Translations under genes and position numbers: made by a program | Part shown: in pieces, positions 51,744 to 64,000 of the stretch | How the letters are laid out: every line of letters starts with the position of its first letter | Position numbering within the stretch: position 1 is the stretch's first letter | The notes under the pieces: generated by a model | What the model was told of the DNA's origin: nothing | What the model saw: only the letters and a program-made list of their open reading frames with translations | The model's database searches: none | From: Azolla caroliniana | Taxonomy: Eukaryota; Plantae; Polypodiophyta | NCBI GenBank assembly: GCA_043228905.1 | Contig: JBHGNT010000003.1 | Coordinates: 5,332,001-5,396,000, forward strand | DNA: 64,000 nt | Direction: 5' to 3'

Positions 51744-54700
51744 ATGAATACTCAAATGGGGAGCGCTCTCCCTACCGAGAAGTTGGATCGAAACAACTTC
51801 GCATCTTGGGAGTACAAGATGCACCAATACCTTGTCGGACAAGGCTATTGGAGCTACATCAAAGGAACGCATGAAGACTGACCCGCCGAAGCGGCTCCCG
51901 GATACGCGACATGGGAGCAAGCCGCAAGCCGCGTGATGTATTGTTTGGAGACATGTGTTCACGACCACATGCTCGGTTACATTCGAGAAGCCAAGATGTC
52001 GAAGGAAGCGTGGGAAAATCTACGAAAGATTTTTGCCGCCAACATGACCGTGAGGAAGCTTCAACTCCGCCAAGAGTTGAACAACATTCAACAAAGGGAC
52101 ATGTTCATCACAACATACACCTCAAAGATGAAGGAGCTTTGCGATTCGCTCGGCTCAATAACCGTAAATATCGATGATGATAAGATGGTTCAAATATGCC
52201 TCGGCGGCCTCGCACCACGATTCGGCGCGATGCGAACCGCCATTCTAGCACGGGAGAAATCTCCCTCCTTCTTCGAGCTCCAATCAATGTTATTGGTCGA
52301 AGAAAACCACGTGCATACAAGGAGCAATGAGTCGGAAGGCCACATGCTCTACACGCACTCTAATGAAGGAAGAGGACGCAGACGAGCGAGAGGCCGATTC
52401 GGCCAAGGACAAGGCGGACGAGGTCCGACCTACAACAACAACTCCCAATTTCGGCCACAAAACAGAGGCCAACGAGGAACCTTCGCAAGAAGGGGGAGCT
52501 TCCACTCCGGCCCGAGCCGTCAAAACGCAATCGAATGCGGATATTGCAGAAAGCTCGGCCACCACGAAGAAGAGTGCCGAAAGAAGATGCGTGAATCGGC
52601 TTCCACAAGCCGACAACTCACGAATTACGCGCACAATTCCGACTACGAAGAGTATAGCGGAATGTACGGGCACAACTCGGACTACGAAGATCGTAGTGGA
52701 ATGTATGCACACAACTTCGATCGTGGCGGAATGTTCATGATGAAATATAGAGCAAACTCTATGTCGGCCACTACCTCAACTAGTGCCTCCGATCCTGAAG
52801 ACGTATGGTTCGTCGATTCTGGTGCCTCGAACCATATGACATCGCATCAAGAATGGTTCCGAGAACTTCGAGAGCCGGAGTGACCTGGTTATGTCGAAAC
52901 TAGAGATGACACTACACACCCGATTCGGCACATTGGCAATGTTCCGTTCGGAAAAGAAGTTAAGCAAAATTACATTAAAAATGTCTTGCATGTACCGACC
53001 ATTACGAAGAATTTGGTCTCTATCGGCCAAATTGTAGAGCAAGGGATGCAAGTTTGATTTAATCAAGGCGGTTGCTTCATCGAAAAAGAGGGCCGACTCA
53101 TCGCACGCGGACGAAGAGAGGGCTAGATGTTCATTCTTGATTCACGCGAGATGAAATCCGCTATGTTCGTGAAAAACACGAAAGCCGACTCCGACATAGA
53201 GCTATGGCACAAGCGGATTGGCCATATAAATATCCAAAAGCTCAAAGCAATGAAATCGAAAGGAGTCGTCATCGGACTCCCGAAATTCAAAGAGAAGGAG
53301 ATTGAAGGTGTATGCGAAGCGTGCCAATTTGGCAAGCAACACCGACACCCATTCCCGAAAGAGCGGAACGTGAGCAAAGGTCTACTCGACGTAGTCCATT
53401 CCGACGTATGGGGACCGGCACAAACCGCGACATTCGGCGGATGCCGATATTACGTGCTCTTCATCGACGACTTCTCTAGGTACACTTGGATCTACCCGAT
53501 GCGGCAAAAGAGCGAAGTGTTCGGACACTTCCAAACATTCAAGAATGAAGCCGAGAAAGCCATGAGCTGACATGTACGATGCCTTCGATCGGATGGTGGC
53601 AAGGAGTACTTCTCGGACGAATTCACGACGTATCTACGAAAGGAAGGAATTCGGCGAGAATTCACTTGCCGACACACTCTGCAACAAAACGGAGTAGTCG
53701 AGCACAAACATTGGCACATCCTCGAAGTAGTGCGGGCCATGATGAACGAGAAGCATATGCCCAAGTCATATTGGGCCGAAGCTGCAAATACGGCCGTCTA
53801 CCTAATGAACCGGTGCACAACATTCGGCATGCACGAGGTCACTCCGCACGAAAAATACTTCGGAAAGAAGCCGGACTTATCGCACATCCGGATATTCAGC
53901 GCGATAGCGTACGTGTACATCCCCGACGAGAAGCATCAAAAGCTTGACCCAAAGTTGGAGAAATGTATTCTCGTGGGATACTCATTGGAGCAAAAGGGGT
54001 ACAAGTGCTACAACCCCTCAACTCGAAAATCTCGAGTAAATCGAGACGTCGTTTTTGACGAGTTCGCATCCTGGTACGCACCAGAGACAACTCCAACTCC
54101 GACTCCGCTCGACCCGGAATTCGCCGAACAAGAGATCGAGGATGAAGATTGCCCTACGCGCATGATCGAAGAAAGTCCGATCACGACCCGACTGAGCGGA
54201 CCACAAGAGCCGTTAAGCGATCAAAGCACATCACGGCGTAGCCCGAAGATGGACAAAGGCAAGGCGAAAATGGCAGAATATGAAGACGATCGCTTCGACG
54301 ACGATGACTCAACTCACTCACTCGACAGTGAGTTCGACGATTTCGAGGTACCAATCGGAGCTAAGAAAGCCCTCATCTCTGCAAATGAAAAGCTCCGCCG
54401 ATCCACTTGTGAAAAGAACCCCGTAAGCCGATTCGGCTACAACGATTATATGGCGTACCATTACGCCTTTATGATGAAGGTAGCGACAGTATGGGAGCCG
54501 GAAACCTTTTTGAAAGCCGCAAAGGACCTACGATGGATTGAAGCAATGAACAAGGAAATGCAGGCACTACGGAAGAACAAGATGTGGAATCTCGTTCCCA
54601 CCTCACCACACAAAAAGGCGATCGGATGCAGATGGATCTAAAAGGTGAAGTATAACACCGATGGCTCCGTAAACCGCTACAAAGCTCGACTCGTAGCGAA

Positions 54701-56063
54701 AGGATACGCTTAGACGCATGGTGTCGATTACAAAGAGACCTTTGCCCCGGTGACAAAGATGACGACGGTACAGACCGTAATTGCGATTGTCGCGGTGAAA
54801 GGGTGGCACCTCCATCAAATGGACGTCAAGAACACCTTTCTTCAAGGCGAATTAGAAGAGGAGGTGTACATGATCCAACCACCCGGCTTCAACTCGAGCA
54901 CCCATCCGAAAGCTGTTTGCCGAATCAAGAAGCCACTCTACGGCCTCAAGCAAGCACTGCGTGCTTAGCATTCGAAGATAACGCAATATCTTCATCAAAT
55001 CGGTTTCCGTATGTCAAAATCAGACAACTCCCTCTACATACGAAGCGATTCCGCAAGTCTGATCATCATCATTTTATATGTGGATGACCTAGTCATTGGA
55101 GGTGAGCATCTCGTCGAAATGACTAAGGTCAAATCCCTCCTTTCCGACAAGTTCGAGATGACGGACATGAAGGAGCTCCACTACTTCCTCGGCATCGAGG
55201 TAATTCGGACTCCGGCCGGAATCATGATCTCTCAACGACACTACATCCTCAAGTTGTTATACAAGTTTGGGATGGCTGAGTGCAAATCGGTGGCAACCCC
55301 GCTCGATCGTAATCTCAAACTAGATGCGAACTCCGACACCAAAGCGTGTGAGCCGACTCAGTATCGGCAACTCATCGGGAGCCTCATCTACCTCACGATC
55401 ACTCGACCCGATCTTAGTTATCCGGTCAGTCTCCTTAGCCAATTCATGCAAACACCACATGATACTCACTTGGATTGCGCTGAGCGAGTTCTACGATACG
55501 TGAGCGGCACAATGGATTACGACATCCTCTAAAAGACCGCAATGCCAATACGACTCGAGGGATACACAGATGCCGATTGGGCCGGCTACAAAGCTGATAG
55601 AAGATCAACCTCCGGATTTGTTTTCTCCCTCGGCAGCGGAGCAATATCCTGGAGTAGCAAGAAGTACCCTACCGTCGCTCTTTCGAGTACGGAGGCAAAA
55701 TACAGGGGTGCAGTCGTAGCTACGTGTGAAGCCGTATGGCTCAAGAGGATTTTGAATGATCTGGGCGTACCCATCAAGGATCTGATTTCCCTTTACTGCG
55801 ACAACATGAGCAGTATCTATCTAGCTCGGAACCCGATGTTCCACGCGCGGACAAAGCACATCGAAGTGCACTATCATTTCATCCGAGATCGCGTTCTGGC
55901 TGGCGATGTCGACCTACAACACATTAGCACCAATCTTCAAATGGCCGACATCTTCATTAAAGCCTTAGGAGCGGACAAGCTGTGGCAATTCATGACCGAT
56001 CTCGGATTGACGATCCTTGACCTGCCAAGCTTGAGGGGGAGTACTGAAGACACTACGCAATAA
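51744..56063 (+). pseudogene. gag-pol: Copia gag-pol with multiple premature stops
   Basis: EKLDRNNFASWEYKM; CGYCRKLGHHEEEC; WFVDSGASNHM; LWHKRIGH; QMDVKNTFL; LYVDDL; YTDADWAG; ADIFIKAL. Confidence 0.93.
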
Positions 56064-56567
56064 CACGTGAATTCCGCAACCACGCAACGAAGCAGCGAAG
56101 AGCCGATCTACCGCGCAAAGCCACGAAGAAAGACACAAGCCGAAGCAAAGACTTTGCACAACGCAAGTTGGAGCACGGATTCCGCAACTCCGCATAAAGC
56201 GAGCCGACGCGAGTTGACGCGGACTTCGGAACGCGAGTTGAAGCGGATTTCGGATACCGTCTGAAACCGACCTGACTTGAGCTTGAGGGGGCGTGTTGAG
56301 AATCAAGCTCAACTTGGTCTAGTGTGTGAACTCGCCTTAAGAGTGAAGAGACACTCCAATGGTCACCACTTTGTATTCTAGCATTTAGTATGAGTCATAG
56401 AATCATATTCTATGACACATAACTTATGAGCTTTCACATTCCCCATGCTCCATGAGGCTTGTAGTTAATGAAGAGAGAGGGTGTCTACATAAAGCACCCT
56501 CCTCCCACCTTGTATAATGTTGAGTCTTTCTCCTTTGTCAATAGACTTTTACCTTGCGTATTCTCTG

Positions 56568-56616
<49 letters not shown>

Positions 56617-56617
<1 letters not shown>

Positions 56618-59602
56618 GTCAACATGTTCAGGCCCATCTCCCCTCCATTGATCCCTCTCTACCGTTAGAAAGCCTTAGTACAAAACTCACACACATCCTT
56701 CACTCCGCAGCAGCTAGCAGTTTCCCATATACAAAACACTCAAATCAAGGTAGATCAGGATCAATGCCACAAAATAAATGGTATGACGAGGATTGTAGGG
56801 ACCTACATAGAAAACTTACAGTATCGCAACTCAATGGTAGTATTACCTCCACACAAGCTCGCAAAGAAATGCATAAGATGACACGTCGTAAGAGACGAGC
56901 GTGGGAGGCATCCCAATACTGGGAACTCTACCATATGCTCATGAGTAGCGATTGCACCACGGCATGGAAGAGACTACGGGAGCCAAGACCACAAACATCG
57001 AAGATCCCGAAACTTGGCACACATATACAGAGAGACTTTACCAAATCCCAAACCAACCACCTTTTCCAATGCCTTCCACACCCCGGCCTACCACAGGGAC
57101 ACTTTTCACGACCTCTAGGGTCATGAAGGTCATAAAGAAATTACAACATAGGAAGTCCATGGACCACACATGATTGCGAGCAGAACACATTATATATGCG
57201 AGAGAGTGCCTAGCTCCCTTGCTAACTCTAATCTTCAATCGTGCCCTTGCGGAGGGTTTTCCACCACAGTGGACTATGAATACAGTGACCCCCATACATA
57301 AAGGGGGGGACCCCATGGACCCAAATACATATAGGACCATTATGATAGGCCATACCCTTGCTAAGTTATATGGTGCAGTAATGGAAGCAGAGCTTAGCGA
57401 CTACATGGAGACCCTAAACCTTCGTGCACCTGAACAAGCTGGCTTTAGACGAGCCTTCTCCACTATTGATCACATCTTCACACTTAGATGCCTAATTGAC
57501 CAAACTAGGGCTCGCAAGAAGAGATTATATTGTTGTTTTGTGGACTTCCGCAAAGCCTTTGACACAGTCCCTAGAGATCGGTTGTCTGATAGACTTAAAA
57601 GCTTGAGGATACCAGATGATATGGTATGGGCCATCTACGCACTATATGAACAAGTGTCCGGGTGTGTCCGATGCCCAGGTGGCCTATCCAATCGTTTCAC
57701 TAGCACTATTGGTGTAAAACAAGGTTGCCCCCTATCACCGACGCTTTTTGGGATCTACATTGATGAGATCACAGATTTTATTGCTCGTGAGGGAGGCACC
57801 GGAGTGGTCCTTGGGGATACGCAGGTTCGTATCTTGCTCTATGCGGATGACATAGTTTTGCTCTCTAAATCCGAACACGACCTACAGAGGCACCTCAATG
57901 CCTTAGATGACTTTTGTGTACAACGAGGATTGGTAGTGAATCTAGGGAAAACGAAAGTCCTTATCTTCCACACATCGGCCCAAGTTAGAGCTAAGTGTCA
58001 CCTAACTATCTCTCATAGCCCAGTCGAGGTGGTTGGATCGTACGTATATCTCGGAGTCACTTTTAGTGCCCGCTCAGGTAAATTTTCGATGACACAGGCA
58101 GCGAAGGATAGACTCACGAGAGGACATGCATCCCTCTCACTCCTAGAGAGACAATGCCACCAAGCACACTTTCAAGAGCCACGGACTAAAGGGTGGCTCT
58201 TTGACTCATTAGTGACCCCCTCCCTCATGTATGCATCAGCGGTTTGGGCTCCAGGATTACCATCCTTCATGTGGACGCAATTAGAGAGACCATTGGTGAT
58301 GATGCTATCACGCCAACTCCGAAGCAAATCGACTGTACCACATGACATTATTAGGGCCGAGTTCACGTTACCCCCAATGCTAGTAGAGGCACTTTTTCAA
58401 CTTGTAGTCTTTATTGATAGGATACATAGCCAACCACATGATAGAATATCTCATCAAGCCTTTAAGGCCTCTCGATCATTGTATGAGTCCGGCTATACTA
58501 GCTCATGGTATAGCATGATGGTGACTTGGCTTCTTGCGAATGGTCTAGACATTAATAACCTACCTCCCCTTAGGTACAACCACACGAGTGATAACACCTT
58601 AATCTCTCATGAGAACCGCAATAAAGTAATACGCCAAGAAATATGGCAAATTTACACTCGGTGTAAATGGATCACCCCACTAGAGCCACTCCCATCTAAA
58701 ATGTCGTACTATAAGAAACACTTCATGCACTTCTCTGAGTTAGGTTTTATCACACGGCCAAAATATCTAGATGTATTCTTACCACATGCACTAAGGGTTG
58801 CCATTGGACAACTTAGAATATCGTCTCACCAACTTGAGATTGAAAATGGCCGTACTAGTGGAGTCCCTAGGGAGGAAAGGATATGTAGGTTATGTCACAT
58901 AGAGATAGAGGATGAGTACCACTTTACATGCAAGTGTCCAACCTATGCCGAGATAAGGGCAAAATACCAAGACATACTTGGTCCATCTCCCACCCTCCCC
59001 AAACTATTAGATACTCTAGATATAAAGAAATTAGGCAAATACATTCTAGAGCTAAAACAACACAGAGAGAATAAATTACAAAATGTTGACAATAATGTTG
59101 CTAATGATCACGAACATGTAACAAATGCAGTTTTTCAGGAACCTGAAGAGACAACGAATGCCGATACACTTGCACCACCCGGCCTTTCCATTGATGAGGC
59201 AGAAAACCAGAGAAGAACCAGACGTCCTCGGGTGCCGGGTTTCAAAACAACTCAACGTGATGTGGAAGCAATATTAAAAATAAGGGAACGTGAGCTACAC
59301 CACCTAGAAGCCATGGCTAGGGCACTCTCTACATTGGAACCCACATCAAGACCCTTTGACCCCCCACTTCTTTTCGAGAGGCTTGGGTGGAAATAAAATT
59401 AGGCTTAGTGTATAGTCACTTTCGAGTATACTACATATTGTACACTACTAGAACTCTTTTAGTTTAAGTTCTATTTTTTTTTACTTAATTTTATTTTTAG
59501 TTATGATGACTGGATAAATACTCTATTGTTGTAAACCAATTGTCTCATGGGCCAAATTTGGCCTTAGAAGACGTTAATACATCTTTCTTTCTTTCTTTCT
59601 TT
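56617..59602 (+). mobile_element. 5'-truncated LINE (RTEX/L2-like C-terminus) with a (CTTT)n tail
   Basis: RT motifs QAGFR, FVDFRKAFD, GVKQGCPLSP, LLYADD, YLGV; C-terminal HQLEIENGR...CRLC...EDEYHF..CP.Y; tail at 59583-59602; flanked by (CT)n of the copia LTR. Confidence 0.92.
57174..59396 (+). CDS. LINE ORF2 reverse transcriptase plus cysteine-rich domain (partial; upstream part has a stop and frameshift)
   Basis: 740-aa ORF with the full set of RT motifs; no endonuclease domain present. Confidence 0.85.
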   Translation: MRAEHIIYARECLAPLLTLIFNRALAEGFPPQWTMNTVTPIHKGGDPMDPNTYRTIMIGHTLAKLYGAVMEAELSDYMETLNLRAPEQAGFRRAFSTIDHIFTLRCLIDQTRARKKRLYCCFVDFRKAFDTVPRDRLSDRLKSLRIPDDMVWAIYALYEQVSGCVRCPGGLSNRFTSTIGVKQGCPLSPTLFGIYIDEITDFIAREGGTGVVLGDTQVRILLYADDIVLLSKSEHDLQRHLNALDDFCVQRGLVVNLGKTKVLIFHTSAQVRAKCHLTISHSPVEVVGSYVYLGVTFSARSGKFSMTQAAKDRLTRGHASLSLLERQCHQAHFQEPRTKGWLFDSLVTPSLMYASAVWAPGLPSFMWTQLERPLVMMLSRQLRSKSTVPHDIIRAEFTLPPMLVEALFQLVVFIDRIHSQPHDRISHQAFKASRSLYESGYTSSWYSMMVTWLLANGLDINNLPPLRYNHTSDNTLISHENRNKVIRQEIWQIYTRCKWITPLEPLPSKMSYYKKHFMHFSELGFITRPKYLDVFLPHALRVAIGQLRISSHQLEIENGRTSGVPREERICRLCHIEIEDEYHFTCKCPTYAEIRAKYQDILGPSPTLPKLLDTLDIKKLGKYILELKQHRENKLQNVDNNVANDHEHVTNAVFQEPEETTNADTLAPPGLSIDEAENQRRTRRPRVPGFKTTQRDVEAILKIRERELHHLEAMARALSTLEPTSRPFDPPLLFERLGWK

Positions 59603-59672
59603 CTCTCTCTTACACACACACATAACTCACATCTCTTCCGCTTCACAAGAATCCATCTCTTGATTCTTTATA

Positions 59673-62300
59673 GATTCAAACGAAATTTCAGTTCTTGTTC
59701 CTCTACAACATGAACAACCTGCAAGTGACATACCACTACATATTAAAAATAGTTTCATACTGAAGTTTAAAATCTGTTGAAACATCATCTTACACAACAT
59801 CTTTGGTAGTCATCAAATTTTCCATACACAATCAGTTCCAAAAAGTAAATGGTTATTGATTTCATGCGTAGTAAACCACTAGTCTACATGAACCTCCAAT
59901 TTGTACCATTTCTATTTAGGTACTGTTTAAGGTTGTTCTTAAATAAAGGAACAAATCATTCCAATTGAGAGGACTAAGACATAGCAACCACCAAGTAATC
60001 CCAAGTTGTAATATCATACTCCCTACCCCAAAACCAAAACCAGAAAATGAAGCAGTGGTGCAAACCTTCTCTGAAGTAGCCATGAAGATCCTCTCATGTA
60101 TATCTCTCCTTCCGCTCTCATGTTGTGTATGTATGTCTGTCTCCCATTCCATCTCCCTTTCCCATCTCCTTCTCCCAGTCTCTGTCGAGCCACATTTCAA
60201 GTGGTTGTGAACCATGGCATTTGTATAACTAAACCCCAAAATTTATTTGACTGCAAAATGTATGAAATTTGTGTTACATTTATGAAATTGATTTACGTAC
60301 AAAGAAACCTTAACATTACCTAAATGATCACAAATATCTCTACCTCTCTCCATCATCACCCTCCAAAGTTTATCTCCTTAGCCTTGAATTATTCAGGAGA
60401 CATCAAACAAATTCATTCATCATAGCAACCTCATAAACTGATCAAAGATACATACATCCTTAGATCATCGATCGATACATAGATAAATAAATGTAGAAAG
60501 ATAGATTATCAAGAAATACGTACATAGATAATCAATATATGTTCATGTAACACAACCCTACCTCCAAACTGAAGCAAAAAAAGTATTTGTCAAAGTGACC
60601 ACAAATGCTCATTGAATCAGAGGAGAGGAAGAGTCCAAACAGTTCGAGTATGTTATTACTGGGATATTCATAAAACTCTTGATAAGATTGCATAGCCTAT
60701 GGCAATGGCCATATTAATCTAATAACTTATATTATCACGATTAGGAACTCTACCGAAGATTATTAATGATTGATGGATAAGTGTTTGATGTTGATCACAA
60801 GGGTGCCATGAATGCATTCTAAATACCCACAATTCCAAATTACATCCTCTACGATGACTCTCTTTGTTACAGACATAGACTAATGTAAGCATGAGATAAG
60901 GATAGAAAATAGATAAATAGATAGAAAGGAGAGAGAGAAAGAAAGGTGCCGATCCACCCGACCACCCCCGAACGAAGGGATCGAGACGGACTCGAGCCTC
61001 GATCGACGTCCCATACCACCACCGTGGCGTCGAGTCGTAGTTGGTGCTGGCGCACTCGCTACAAGAGTTGATCCACCACAAGACAGAGTCTCGACGTAGT
61101 CAACCAGATGATCCAATGAGGGTAGCTAGGCCTCTTATTTATAGCGATACCCAAGGCTCCTAGGCAAGTTCACACTTGGCTTAATGGGTTGTCTCAATCC
61201 CAAGGATTAAAAGTAATCCTCCCCTTCTTTACACTCTCGTTTAATCCTCACACTTATCCACATGTATAGAATACTACGGTAAATTCTCACCGCGGGATAT
61301 TATATGGTCATGCCCGTAACACTCTTAAAACCAAAATGCCTAGTAGTTCATGGCACATGCTATTGACAATACCAACCACAATGCATTCTAATAAACACAA
61401 TTCAAAAAAAGAGTTCTTCCAAGCGGTCTAAAGCCTAGTTTGGTATTTCTTTTAGTTTGATGTTTTCATTGAGCTATAAGGGTGGGTGTCAATGGTTGGT
61501 ACAACACAATGACTCATAGATTTCCCATTCTTTACATCATTTCATCATAGTAAAATTTAACAATTACAATAGTTTACAAAGATATTCCATCAAAAAGCTA
61601 CATAAAGACAAATTATGAGCAAAATGTATGGAGACTAGTTTATAAAGATCTATGGCCAGAAAAGAAAAGGCACACCTCCAACAAACTCATTATTACTCCA
61701 TGCCTAAGACAAACAAAGTCTACATAGGATGAAACATTCATGAGAATAGGTGTAGATTCAAATTGATTGTCATTGCCCTAGAAACATAGGTGTAGATTCA
61801 AATTGATGCTCCCTTTGTCCCAATGCGGACAATGCATGCTTTCTTAGATGAGCTCCAAAATCAACGTTGATGATACATTCTGCTACATCCTTGACTGAAT
61901 CTCGATTTCTTATATCGCATTTCGTGGTGTGCCTCGCATAATTGTTTGATTTGCTTTTTTGTATCTGTGATTAATAGTACATATACTTATAGACGGGATC
62001 AATTGTAGATGAATCATAAGAATGAGATAGTAACTTGAGAGAGACACAGACAGAGAGAGAGAGAGAGAGAGAGGCAGAGAGAAAGAGAAAATGCAATGAC
62101 ACAACTATCCTTTTCTGATCTTTCTGAACTTTGTAAACCATAACATATGAAATTCTAAATAATGTGGGATCCAGAAAAACCAAGGAATGATAATTGAGAA
62201 TTGAGACAGAAGCGAGATTCAAACCTGTGCTTCCAATTGAGATGAATTCTACCACCAAGACACTTCCACTAATGGGTTGAAAGACATTGTTTAGCTGGGT
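59673..62300 (+). repeat. Third copy of the Roco downstream flank
   Basis: Homologous to about 23884-24370, 13490-14300 and 25880-26950; continues 51040-51177 across the copia insertion. Confidence 0.85.
60865..61321 (-). mobile_element. Solo LTR (457 bp), same family as 28273-28733
   Basis: TGTTAC...GTAACA termini; TSD CTCTT; empty site at about 26074. Confidence 0.92.
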
Positions 62301-64000
62301 TGTTTTTACCCTGGCAGATTAACCTGAATTCCGTCATGAATCAAAGTATCAAGAGATGGATAAAACTGCGGAGCAGAAGATGTCAATATTTTACATACAC
62401 TTATTATAGTGGGTTAGATGCAACAAAAATTCTATTACATGGAATGTATAATTCTAGGCATTTGCTTAGTAATTGAAAATTCTAGAGTAAGGATATAGAA
62501 TCATTCCATTCATCACTCAAGTGGGCAAGAAACAGAACCCAAAAGATGTATATTGCATCATTCACAACTTACGATTGATATATGCACTATTATGAACAAT
62601 AAGATGAGAAATGAATAGACGGAGAGAGAAACAGAGCACTAAATTTCTTCGACTGTTTTTTCTTTTTTAAACTTTTTGATTCAAAAGAAAATGGAGTCCA
62701 TATATATTATTTGATTCTACTCGACGCATGAAAGCTAAATGGGTAGCTATAGTTAGGAGCCACGTTTTCTACACTTAGCTAGGGATACCTCAGATCATGA
62801 TGGACGATTTCACGTGATAGGGATCGAATTCCATATGCATAGGCTCCATCCATATGTGTCTGAAATAGAAGTGACCTGCTGATCTATGCATGTGAGGTCC
62901 ACATGTAACAACATATTGTGACTCTCTGATCATCATCTCCTGTGGTAGTGCTCATTTCTATAATTCATCGTCTATAATCTAACAACTATTCAGCCACTCA
63001 AAGTATCATCCTATCTACGATAGGCATTCTCCATGTCGGCTTATCTATAGACTATGATCTAGCAATAGCTTTTCATCCTTCACTAAAAAATCTATGTTGA
63101 AATCAGTGGTATCATTCTTTGATCTCATAGTAATTGCCTGAGCAATGGTGCACATATTCAATCTATGGAAAGCTATGCCCATGCTCAAAGCTAGTATAGA
63201 ACTAGGTGGAAAATTTATCTGTGCCATTCAATTGCATTTGTACCTTGCAATATTTTCTTGTAACTTTGAGATTTTAGAGACAGGTTGAACAATTTGTACA
63301 ATGCCCATGACATCCCCATCCGACCATATCTTCGTTTGTCAAGCCTTAGTGTTTAAAAAGTAAAGAAAACTCAAAATTTCCTTTATTTCCTTGGATGACC
63401 AAGGGTGTTCGCCAATTTAAAGGAAACCCATCGGTATTCTAGAGATCAAGATTAAAACATAGACCAAATCAATTGGTGACCCAAAGTGCTGATTTTAAGT
63501 GTAGGCATTACAGTACTATTATTTTCACTTCTTTTAAATTGGACAAAACATCTTTTAAAACAATTTTGTAGGAGCAAATAAGAAGATATTGATGTAAGTT
63601 TTTGTAATGAATGCAACAACAAATAATTACTTGGGTTTGAATCCAGTCGTATTGATTTATACAACATTTTCTAAAAACCATCATCTTTACATATTGAAGA
63701 TTACTAATTTAACTGAGTTTAAATGTGAATTTATAAATAATATTCTGAGGGAACACCATAAGCCTATGATATGATTCATAATAATAGTTTTTTCTTCTTT
63801 ATTGACAATATGCAACAATCTCCATCCAACAAGACAGAACAACAAAGAGACGAGCAAGAGACACAAATCATTAGAACCTGATATAGAGGACAGGAAACCA
63901 TCGATCCAACCATTGGATGTGAGTTTCTTGATGGCATGAATAACCCCTCAGAATTTGCAGCCCAATCGAAGTTTGTATGGCTGTCGATTGGAGCATGTCG

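Larger units (their letters stand above)
51178..59672 (+). mobile_element. Full-length degenerate Ty1/copia whose 3' LTR is split by a LINE
   Basis: 5' LTR 51178-51584; PBS TGGTATCAGAGC 51585-51596; PPT TTGAGGGGGCG 56283-56293; 3' LTR 56294-56616 + 59603-59672; TSD GATTC, with the empty site at about 23884. Confidence 0.95.

Noticed and set aside
62300-64000. Possible old LINE or other remnant at the right end
   Set aside because: No convincing motif in any frame.

Overview
Eukaryotic nuclear DNA, most likely from a non-seed land plant (inferred from the retroelement lineages and the TORNADO1-like genes). The host scaffold is a tandem segmental duplication carrying LRR-Roc-COR (TORNADO1-like Roco) genes: one apparently intact two-exon copy (17013-21036, minus, 1299 aa after splicing), one pseudogene (27664-31700), and the downstream flank of a probable third copy at the right end. 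A two-exon orphan fragment of an MBD2-like gene is also present. Most of the rest is retroelements: (1) the 5' end of a self-priming Tcn1/Tf1-like chromovirus; (2) a young full-length Ty3/gypsy with a tRNA-Trp PBS, 4-bp TSD and a -1 frameshift pseudoknot after the protease; (3) a full-length non-chromoviral Ty3/gypsy with an extra ORF of about 1000 aa; (4) a truncated relative of (3); (5) two full-length Ty1/copia elements and one copia fragment; (6) three solo LTRs; (7) a LINE inserted into the (CT)n tract of a copia LTR. The most unusual signal is in the gypsy family at 38301-48962 and 9953-13055: there is no polypurine tract, and a conserved copy of a tRNA-Arg 3' end (an inverted PBS inside a hairpin) sits 2 nt before the 3' LTR. 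This suggests tRNA-primed, or tRNA-mimic-primed, plus-strand synthesis. All alignments and counts were done by eye; tRNA sequences and family assignments are recalled, not searched.
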